Assembly: GCA_963675295.2 (NCBI GenBank) | Contig: CAXXKJ010000002.1 | Location: forward strand, 4,256,001-4,320,000 | Origin: a bacterium | GTDB lineage: Bacteria; Electryoneota; Electryoneia; Electryoneales; Electryoneaceae | Direction of reading: 5' to 3' | Length of the DNA: 64,000 nt | Shown: one piece after another, positions 1 through 7,933 of the stretch | Position numbering within the stretch: position 1 is the stretch's first letter | Layout of the letters: every line of letters begins with the position of its first letter | The notes under the pieces: model-generated | Database searches by the model: none | What the model was told of the DNA's origin: nothing | What the model saw: only the letters and a program-made list of their open reading frames with translations | Position numbers and translations under genes: made by a program

Positions 1-436
1 TCCCGGCCGGGCACCACATCCGCATGTGATCGAAGGTCATGTGGTCCAGCTCTTCCTCGATCACCATCAGGTCATCGTAGTCCAGACCCCAGAGCTGGCG
101 ATCTTCGCTGGATGTGCCGTCATCGTAGACGTATTCACCGATGACGCCTTCGAAGTAAGGGTGGAATCTGACTTCCCTGGGCGTGCTTCCGTCCATCACG
201 ATCCCGCCGCGCAACTCAAAATCGCTCAGCGGTCCGCCCATATCGTCGTCGATCGTGATCCCGGTGACGACAAATGCATCGGGGTCGACGTCCACAGTGG
301 AGCTGAACGTCACGGAAAATGAATTTGTCAACTCGTCGTAGGTTGCGGCGGTTGGCACAGGTTGCGCCAAGAGCAGCGGCGCGGCCAACAGCAGCAGGAC
401 CGGAACCCACACGAGTGCATGTCTCAGTCGTAGCAT
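1..436 (-). CDS. Secreted protein, N-terminal part only (runs off the window start); next gene of the TonB receptor/PorV cluster
   Basis: Not in ORF track; manual translation from ATG at 436 (RBS AGGAGG upstream) gives MLRLRHALVWVPVLLLLAAPLLLAQPVPTAATYDELTNSF... open to position 1; Sec-type signal peptide. Confidence 0.75.
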   Translation of the reverse strand, partial: MLRLRHALVWVPVLLLLAAPLLLAQPVPTAATYDELTNSFSVTFSSTVDVDPDAFVVTGITIDDDMGGPLSDFELRGGIVMDGSTPREVRFHPYFEGVIGEYVYDDGTSSEDRQLWGLDYDDLMVIEEELDHMTFDHMRMWCPAG

Positions 437-480
437 CGAAAATCCTCCTGACTCTGTCTCATCCTCCATCGGGGATGGGA

Positions 481-1461
481 TCAGAACGAGAACGAGATGT
501 TGAACCGGTGCACATCCTCGAGAATACCGTACTCACTGAACGCGTAGTCAATTCCGATCCGCTGCCACAGGAAGCCGACACCCGCGGACATGCCGAGGGT
601 ATCGTGGCGGAACGTGTAGCCGCCGCGGAGGAAGAACAGTTCCTGGAAGCCGTATTCGGCGCCCAGGTTCACGCGTTCAACGTTGTCGTTCGGATGCTCG
701 AGGTCACCCGCGAGGGTCAGCCGGTGCTGATCAGTGTTCAATGGGTCCATCGCGACACCAAGGCGGAAGACCATCGGGAAATGGTAGGGCAGAAACTCCG
801 TTGCTTCCGTCGCCTGGGAACCGTTGTCGAAGTCGTAGTAGCCGCCATCCAGCTGCATTTCCGGACCGAAATTGCGCACCGCCATGGCGAGCCGGACCGA
901 GTTCCACTGGGTGTCGTACATGACGCCGACGTCAATCGCGAAGTTCGACGCGACTTCGGTGTCGAGATCTTCGCGTACGTACTTCAGGTTCGTTCCGAAG
1001 GAGAATTTGTCGGTCAGCTTCATACCGAGTGATACGCCGCCGACGATGTTGGTTACGTTGAAGGTTTCACCGGTACCCATCGGTTGCTGCACCGTGGTCA
1101 CCTCCATGTCGCCCGAGCCCATCGCGAGGGCAAAGGCGCCGATGGTGAAGGTGTCGTTGAGCCTGTGGGCGCCGCCGATCGCGTCATAGCTGATCTCGGC
1201 GAAATACTCCACATGCTCGAACATCACCGATGAACCGCCGAGCTGTGTTATGCCCGCCGGGTTCCAGAACATGGCGGACTGGTCGTTACTGATGGCGGAG
1301 AATGCGCCACCCATGCCGACCCCTCGCGCGCCGATAGGCAGCTTGAGGAAGTCAGCCCCGGTGGTGCCGACTTTTGCAAATTCAGCGTGGGCGCCGCCAG
1401 CAGCGACGAGCAGGGCGATCAGCACCGCCAAGCCCAGCTGATATACCGTTCGTCTATTCAT
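481..1461 (-). CDS. PorV/PorQ-family (UPF0164, FadL-like) outer-membrane beta-barrel, T9SS shuttle-type
   Basis: Signal peptide; FLKLPIGARGVGMGGAF and FWNPAG motifs; C-terminal DYAF...HRFNISFSF barrel end. Confidence 0.85.
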   Translation of the reverse strand: MNRRTVYQLGLAVLIALLVAAGGAHAEFAKVGTTGADFLKLPIGARGVGMGGAFSAISNDQSAMFWNPAGITQLGGSSVMFEHVEYFAEISYDAIGGAHRLNDTFTIGAFALAMGSGDMEVTTVQQPMGTGETFNVTNIVGGVSLGMKLTDKFSFGTNLKYVREDLDTEVASNFAIDVGVMYDTQWNSVRLAMAVRNFGPEMQLDGGYYDFDNGSQATEATEFLPYHFPMVFRLGVAMDPLNTDQHRLTLAGDLEHPNDNVERVNLGAEYGFQELFFLRGGYTFRHDTLGMSAGVGFLWQRIGIDYAFSEYGILEDVHRFNISFSF

Positions 1462-1483
1462 GATCGAACTCCTTGTGCCGAGG

Positions 1484-4018
1484 TCAGCGGATGATCAGAA
1501 ACTTCCCGACTTTCTTCTCGTAACTGGGCGACTCCGTCTCAACGACGTAGATGTACAGCCCCGATACGACTTTCTGGTTGTTCCTGCTGATCAAATCCCA
1601 GTAGACCGCACCGATCGTTCCGTCATCCTTGTAGATCTCCTTGATCAGATCGCCATTCAACGTGAAAATGCTGATCTTGCACAGGGAAGGCAGGTTGATG
1701 AAACTGATCTGGTCTTCGTACCGCGCTTCAAACGAAGCGGTACCCTTGTAGGGATTCGGGACGACCTTGATGTCGTCCATCGTCAGGTCGCTGTCCGGCT
1801 CGTTGGGATCGTCCGCCGGTGTGTCAATCGGCAGTACCCCGGGGATCACCGCCTGCGGTGCACCGTCCAGATCCTTGCGGTAGTTCGACTTTGCGGATTC
1901 AATCGACGGCAGCCCGAACGTGTCCATCTTGTCCGGATCGTACGCGACAACAGTGTAGTAGTACTTCAGTCCGTTGACCGGCCGTTCGATGTCCTTGAAG
2001 ATGATCGTGCCGTTCTTATCGGCAAAATCGCCGCCATAATCCTCATACGTATATGTCAGGTCCGGCAGGTCGACCGGGATGTAGTTCCAGTCCGTACCCT
2101 GCACGTTGTTCTCGTCCCCGACGATCTCAGCGTATTCGGGTTCGTTGTAGGCGTACTGGGAACCGTCGAATTCGATCGGGTTGAGCGTGTCACCTTCCGT
2201 GTTCATCAGGTAGGTGTCACCCTCACTGGGCATATCGAATGCCGCGATCATGTCCCAGGTCTGCGGGTTGTACTTCGAGCGGTAGATCTTGTACCCGAGA
2301 AAGTCGGTGGTACCGAGGAAGCTGTCGATGGCATCTTCCGCGCTGTCATCCCAGACCAGCTTCACGCCGGCGTCCAGCGCACTGTAGTGCAGGTCCGGAA
2401 TCGCGGGCGGAATCGGCAGCAGGAAGTGCCGGTCCGTGCGAATCATTGCGTCGCTGGTGCCGGTGAATCCTGTCTGGTTGGCGAATGCGTCGCTCGGCGG
2501 AATTTCCGGGTCACCGATTTCGGCCAACTCACCCTGGTAGTAGGCGACGAGAGCGTTGTCGATGTTCTCGCGCAAGCCCTGGATACCCCAGCCAACACCT
2601 GTCACCGCGACGAACTTCTTTGTTTCGCCGTCCGCGAAGCTGTGCGGACCGCTGGAGATGATGTAACGATAGTCGAACACCGGTGCGCCGGCGCCGTAGT
2701 CGAACGGATGCGGCATGAAGCGCTGACCGGCGGACAGTGTGTGCGTACCGGTCATGTACTCATACTTTTCCCGGTCTGAACCCGGGTCGGATTCCCAGTT
2801 CCACCACTGATGGGAATAGGGACGATGTGGCGGATCCCACTCGTCTTCCGGCACACGGTTCTTACTCGCCAGGTAGGGTTCGTCCGGGATGTAGAGGAAT
2901 TTGGTCCCGATGAAGCCGGCCACCGGCGGGTTCATGCTACGTTCACCAACGTCAATCTCGCCGGATTGCGGGTAGTCGCCGTCGTACATGTAGCTCATGT
3001 CACGCGGGATCAGGTACCCGCGCAGGGAATCTCCAGCCGCCGTAACCACAGGCTCTCCGGCGACATAACCTTTGTCGGGAACGCTGACCTGGTAACGGAT
3101 GTAGTCCGGAATGTCGTAGCCGGCTTCAACGTACACCGCCGGATCCACGACGTAAATCTGGTATTCATCCCAGATGCCGTCCGGTTCCGGATTGTCGTCC
3201 GCCGGAGCTTCTTCACCGGCTGCCGGTGAATAACCGTTCCAGAACGGGTTGCGTGGGTCGGCCTTCGCCCAGCCCCAGTAGTCGTAGCCGGTTTCTTCGT
3301 TGCCGTCCAGATCCAGCGGGTCAACCCAGTCATATTGGTACGCGTTCTGGCCTTGCGGCGCCCAGCCGTCATAGTCGACAAGGTCGTCGATCGCAGGTTG
3401 ATCTGGATCGTAGTGCGCGCCCACGTCATTATCGTAGACGAACGACACGAACACATTATTCAGCTGGCCACCGCTGACGTTTTCGACTTCGATCAGTTTG
3501 ATGAAGAAGTCGTCGTAGTCAGTCAACGACCAGGCGAGTGTGCGTTGGTGGATTTTCAGGCCGATCGGGGTGTGGCCACCGATTTCGGCATTGAGGTCGT
3601 CGAAGTGGGACAACCCGTCCTGAATCGACTTCGGGCCGGTTCCGAAATAGAAGCTGGACCCATCAGTCGGATCGAGCTCGTAGTTGCCGTAGTCGGCGTG
3701 GCTGACGAGCGGTTCGCCACCAACCAGCGCTCCGACCCAGAAACGGCCTTCCCAGATGTAGTAGACGCCGGACCCGCCGGGCCACTCACCCGAAGGCAGC
3801 AGCTCGTTGGGTTCGCCGTAGTTACCGAAGTTGGAAACAGCGGTCCAGAAGTTGCCGACATCATGCACCTTGTATTCTGTCGGCGGACGGGCAGCGGTTC
3901 TCCGCGGACCCTTCTTCGGACCGGTCATGTCAATGCGCGCGGCAAAGCTGGAGCTCGCGGCCAGCAGGCAGGCGAGTAGCACCAGCAACACCGTCGTCAG
4001 GATGTGGTTTCTTCTCAC
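1484..4018 (-). CDS. Large secreted acidic protein with VVPNPY-type T9SS-like C-terminal sorting domain
   Basis: GTG start with AGGAGG RBS; signal peptide; HDVGN...SNFGNYG, GEWPGGSG, YIWEGRFWVGA N-terminal motifs; C-terminal IKVVPNPY...FINLP...IFTLNGDLI...WDL...SGLYIY...GKFLIIR. Confidence 0.8.
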   Translation of the reverse strand: MRRNHILTTVLLVLLACLLAASSSFAARIDMTGPKKGPRRTAARPPTEYKVHDVGNFWTAVSNFGNYGEPNELLPSGEWPGGSGVYYIWEGRFWVGALVGGEPLVSHADYGNYELDPTDGSSFYFGTGPKSIQDGLSHFDDLNAEIGGHTPIGLKIHQRTLAWSLTDYDDFFIKLIEVENVSGGQLNNVFVSFVYDNDVGAHYDPDQPAIDDLVDYDGWAPQGQNAYQYDWVDPLDLDGNEETGYDYWGWAKADPRNPFWNGYSPAAGEEAPADDNPEPDGIWDEYQIYVVDPAVYVEAGYDIPDYIRYQVSVPDKGYVAGEPVVTAAGDSLRGYLIPRDMSYMYDGDYPQSGEIDVGERSMNPPVAGFIGTKFLYIPDEPYLASKNRVPEDEWDPPHRPYSHQWWNWESDPGSDREKYEYMTGTHTLSAGQRFMPHPFDYGAGAPVFDYRYIISSGPHSFADGETKKFVAVTGVGWGIQGLRENIDNALVAYYQGELAEIGDPEIPPSDAFANQTGFTGTSDAMIRTDRHFLLPIPPAIPDLHYSALDAGVKLVWDDSAEDAIDSFLGTTDFLGYKIYRSKYNPQTWDMIAAFDMPSEGDTYLMNTEGDTLNPIEFDGSQYAYNEPEYAEIVGDENNVQGTDWNYIPVDLPDLTYTYEDYGGDFADKNGTIIFKDIERPVNGLKYYYTVVAYDPDKMDTFGLPSIESAKSNYRKDLDGAPQAVIPGVLPIDTPADDPNEPDSDLTMDDIKVVPNPYKGTASFEARYEDQISFINLPSLCKISIFTLNGDLIKEIYKDDGTIGAVYWDLISRNNQKVVSGLYIYVVETESPSYEKKVGKFLIIR

Positions 4019-4041
4019 GGTGATGTATCCTCCTGCCTCGT

Positions 4042-7000
4042 TTAAAACTCGATTCCCGCGCCAACCTGCAGCATGCGACCGCGCTGGTAATACCGCGGAT
4101 CGTTATACTTCCCGTCGACGTCGTTGAACTGTTCGTACCAACCGGTGTCAGCATTCGCCTGGAAGAACCGCTGGTCGATGTTTTCACGATCGAGCAGGTT
4201 GTAGACCTGCACAAACGCGTACACGTTCAACGACTTCCAGATGCCCCACTCCTTCTGCACACGTGCGTCGAAGGTGAGCGTGTAGGGCAGGCGCTGATCG
4301 TTGATCGGCGGATCCAGCGAGCGGGCCGGGCTCGAATAGGGCAGGCCGCTGCCGTACTTCCCGATCAGGTTGATCGACAGACCATCGAAGTAGGACACAC
4401 CGAGGATGTCGGAATCCTGCGGTACAAAGAACTGGATGTTGCCGTAAATCGTGTGGCGCTGATCCCAGTCAAGGTAGGATTCCGTGGTCCGGATCAAGTT
4501 CCCGGCCCAGGCGTTTTCGTAGTTCTGGCGCGCTTCGGACGCCTTACCCTTGGCCACCGAGTAGGTGTACGACAGGCTACCGCTGGTGAAGTTGCTGAAG
4601 CGCTTGCTGAGGCTCATCTCGAAACCACGGACGTTTCCGTAGTCCTGGTTGATGTACAGACCGTACCAGTTGCGCGCGGTGAAGAACACCTGCCGCGTGT
4701 CAACCAGGCCGCTGATGTCCTTGTAGAAACCGGTGGCGACAAACACGACGTCATCGGTAAACTGGTGACGCAGCGTCAACTCGTACGAGGTCGTCCGTTC
4801 CGGTTCGAGGTTCGGGTTACCGACAATCGGGAACGCACCGGAGAAGTCCCAGTTGACGTTGGTGAACGCATAGCGCAGCAGCGGCACCTGGAAGTTCCGG
4901 CTGTAGTTGAAGCTCAACTGATCCCGTTCCGTGATCGGGAAGGCAACACCGAGACGCGGGCCCCAGTAAGTCTTTCCTTCAACCTTTGTCGGGTCTGCAA
5001 CCTCACCGCCGAGCGACGGGTCGGTCACCGGGTTGGTGATGTCGGACGGATAATCATCCCAGTTCACGTCGAAGTAGTCCGCACGCAAACCGAGGTTCAG
5101 TACCATCCCCTCGAACTCCATCTTGTCTTCCACGAACGCACCGTACAGGCGCGGCGACGCCGTGAAGTTCTGGCCGTACACGTTACCACCGGAGGCCATG
5201 TCCACATCGTGGTCGAACAGTTCGTAGAACGTCAGCTCGAAACCGGCCTTCACTTCGTGGAACTGGTGCATCTGGCTCGTGATGTGTCCCTTGAACGTGT
5301 AGGTTTCCTTGCTGTCGTTGTTCCAGCGGGACCGGTTGTAGGTCGTGCCGGTGCCGTAGGTGTAGAAGTCGTTGTCGTCCTTGCTGTTACCGAACGGCAT
5401 ATCTTCCCACCCCAGCCACGTGTCCCGCGGACCGGACTGGGACGCGTCGACGTAGCCGTCGTCATCTTCATCCGTCATCAGGTCGTGGGTCGGACCGTAC
5501 ACATCCCAGTCCCAGATCTCGTTGCCGTTGATGTCCTCGTACTCCCAGACACCATTCTGGTTGTAGTCGAACCAGTACTGGGTACCGTCGGCGTTCGATT
5601 CAAGCACGTCACGATACGTGTTCAACAGATCGTCGGGAATCTCCTCGATTGAACTGTAGGCCTGTTCCAGGTCGAGCTGGCCATTGCCGTTCGCATCTTC
5701 GTTGATGTATTCCCGCGTGTTGTAGTGCATCTCCGTCTTGTAGTAGGAGAAGCCCAGTTCGAAGTAGGTCCGTTCACTGATCGTCTGGTCCCACTTGGCG
5801 CTGAACTGGTTGATGTGCTGTTCGAAGTACGGCAGGTGATCAAGCATGCTGAAGCTGCTCAGGCTGCCGTCGCGGTTGAGGTCCTCGCTGTCGATGACAC
5901 CGTCACCGTCCAGATCCTCGCCGGCGTCCAGGACACCATTGCCGTTCAGGTCTTCGGTGTCCAGCTGGCCGTTGTTGTACCACGGCGAGTTGCTCGGATC
6001 GTAGTAGACGTAATCACTGGCAATCGTACCGTCGTCATTGTAGGACGGTGCGTAGCCATCGAGCCTGTCTTCATAATCCGTGCGGGACCACAGGTGGGTG
6101 TAGTTGGTCCAGTTGGAGTTGGTAACGTTTCCGCTAAGCGTGAACTTCTGCTTCGGCGTGGGGCTGTAGGTCAGCTTGCCGAACGCGCTGGTCATCGTGC
6201 TGTCATCGTTCACGAACCGGCCGCGCGTATCGTACCACTGTCCGGCGGCAAAGAAGTTCAGGTCACCAATGCGGTTGTCGAGCAACGGAATCGGACCGGA
6301 CAGCGCGAACTGCAGGTCTTTCATCTCGTCATCTTCGATACCGCCGTCATTGGTGCGGCCGAGGAACGACCCGGAGTAGCGTTCGCCACCTTCCTTCGTC
6401 ACCTGGCTGACAACACCGGAGAGGTTGTTACCGTACTGGGCCGACATACCGCCGGTAACGACGTTGACTTCCTCAAACGCCACCTGCGGGATGTAGCCTT
6501 CATAGTCACCCGTCATCGGGTCAACCATCGACGCGCCGTCCACGAGGTACAGCACTTCCTCCTCACGGCCGCCGCGGAAGTTGCCACCGACAGCGCCCGG
6601 CGTCAGACGGATCACCTCACGCACGTTCTCGACCGGCATCGCCTTGATGTCTTCCGAGGTACGCGTGGTGCGGCTGTCCGTCATGTCTGGCTGGATCAGG
6701 GGCTTTTCGGCAACGAAGACGACCTCTTCCCCGATCAGGGCTTCCGGGGTCATCTCGATGTCAATGGTGGTTGTCCGGCCTTCCGTGACGCGAACCTCGC
6801 GCACCGTCACCGGGCGGTAGCCGATGATCGAGGCCTTGATCTCGTAGGTTCCGGGCGGGACGTTCAGAATAACATAGCGGCCATCCAGATCGGTAGCCGC
6901 GCCGTGCCGCGTTCCATCGATGATGATGTTCACACCGATCAGCGGCTCACTGCTCTCGGTCCCGACAACCGTCCCGACAATCTTGCCCGGGGCGGCTTGT

Positions 7001-7071
7001 ACCACACCGGCCAACATGACCAGGAGTAGCAGGGTTGCGAGAACACTCCACAAACTGCGAGCATGGTTCAT
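4042..7071 (-). CDS. TonB-dependent receptor with N-terminal carboxypeptidase-regulatory-like domain
   Basis: Likely start ATG 7071 (MNHARSLW, signal peptide); GKIVGTV...GAATDLDGRYVILNVPPGTY; plug FRGGR...YLVDG, TGGMSAQYGN; GNPNLEPERT; terminal GIEF. Confidence 0.9.
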   Translation of the reverse strand: MNHARSLWSVLATLLLLVMLAGVVQAAPGKIVGTVVGTESSEPLIGVNIIIDGTRHGAATDLDGRYVILNVPPGTYEIKASIIGYRPVTVREVRVTEGRTTTIDIEMTPEALIGEEVVFVAEKPLIQPDMTDSRTTRTSEDIKAMPVENVREVIRLTPGAVGGNFRGGREEEVLYLVDGASMVDPMTGDYEGYIPQVAFEEVNVVTGGMSAQYGNNLSGVVSQVTKEGGERYSGSFLGRTNDGGIEDDEMKDLQFALSGPIPLLDNRIGDLNFFAAGQWYDTRGRFVNDDSTMTSAFGKLTYSPTPKQKFTLSGNVTNSNWTNYTHLWSRTDYEDRLDGYAPSYNDDGTIASDYVYYDPSNSPWYNNGQLDTEDLNGNGVLDAGEDLDGDGVIDSEDLNRDGSLSSFSMLDHLPYFEQHINQFSAKWDQTISERTYFELGFSYYKTEMHYNTREYINEDANGNGQLDLEQAYSSIEEIPDDLLNTYRDVLESNADGTQYWFDYNQNGVWEYEDINGNEIWDWDVYGPTHDLMTDEDDDGYVDASQSGPRDTWLGWEDMPFGNSKDDNDFYTYGTGTTYNRSRWNNDSKETYTFKGHITSQMHQFHEVKAGFELTFYELFDHDVDMASGGNVYGQNFTASPRLYGAFVEDKMEFEGMVLNLGLRADYFDVNWDDYPSDITNPVTDPSLGGEVADPTKVEGKTYWGPRLGVAFPITERDQLSFNYSRNFQVPLLRYAFTNVNWDFSGAFPIVGNPNLEPERTTSYELTLRHQFTDDVVFVATGFYKDISGLVDTRQVFFTARNWYGLYINQDYGNVRGFEMSLSKRFSNFTSGSLSYTYSVAKGKASEARQNYENAWAGNLIRTTESYLDWDQRHTIYGNIQFFVPQDSDILGVSYFDGLSINLIGKYGSGLPYSSPARSLDPPINDQRLPYTLTFDARVQKEWGIWKSLNVYAFVQVYNLLDRENIDQRFFQANADTGWYEQFNDVDGKYNDPRYYQRGRMLQVGAGIEF

Positions 7072-7517
7072 GGCAGTCCCCATCTTAATCCGACAGTTCT
7101 CACGGCCGACGAAATCATCGACCGCTATCCACACAAAGATGTTTCTGTTTCGACGGATACCGCGAAATTCTGCGAAAGGGATGGTTCGGAACTGCCAGAG
7201 AACTGGAGCGTTCCCGGTGAAGGACACCAATGGGAGGGAAAAACATCAATCCGGCGAGTGTAATGGAGACTCACTCACTCACCGTTACAACGAGTACTGC
7301 AACATGTGGCCGACCGCTGTACAACTGATGAGTCTCCCCAGCCTCATCGGTACATCGATCAATAGCGGGCGATGGACCTAACGCCCCGATACCGTAGTCT
7401 TGCGCAGTGCTTGCATCGGAGACGACGTCCACCCCCGTGATCGACGTCCCGCACCCCACAAATCCGACCTGAACCCTCTCGTTTCGTTCCGCGCGCCTAA
7501 CGTATTCCTAATAGATA

Positions 7518-7547
7518 ACGTTACGCAGGTAAAAGCTTGCAGGTCAA
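7518..7547 (-). promoter_or_regulatory. Possible sigma70-type promoter for the TonB receptor operon
   Basis: Minus strand TTGACC-N18-TAACGT in an AT-rich intergenic stretch. Confidence 0.3.
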
Positions 7548-7880
7548 CAACCTGGCAACGTTCCTCTCGACTCGTCTCGGATCCGCTCTCCGAGTGGAGC
7601 AAACCCACATTGTCCACGAATAATCTGAAAAAGATACAAATTCTTCCAACAAAAAACACTCCTTGGAAGCATTTTACAGAAAAAGGGAGCTCTGGGTGTT
7701 TTGGGAGCACTGCGTTCCAAATGTCGCAAGGGTTAGATTTGTACGTTTTCACCTTTGCAAAACCACGTTTATAATCCGTAGTTCTGACAATCGACCCGGC
7801 TTCGCTTTTGGGGTTTCCCCGTCCTCCAGGTCTTGCGACGAGCGTCTCTGGAGACAGGGTATTCAGCGTCCGAAAACAAC

Positions 7881-7908
7881 GCGTCCGGGGTAAAAATGCC
7901 CCGGACGC
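7881..7908 (-). terminator. Probable intrinsic terminator hairpin after the 7934-10288 gene
   Basis: GCGTCCGGGG-taaaaatg-CCCCGGACGC inverted repeat followed on the minus strand by GTTGTTTT. Confidence 0.5.
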
Positions 7909-7933
7909 TGAAAATTGGCGTGGAATATCCCAT

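Noticed and set aside
1460-7029. Long plus-strand ORFs (e.g. 1460-2779, 4453-5652, 5725-7029) and similar antisense ORFs such as 25166-26770 and 43771-45480
   Set aside because: Shadow ORFs antisense to well-supported genes, expected from GC-rich codon bias; no family motifs
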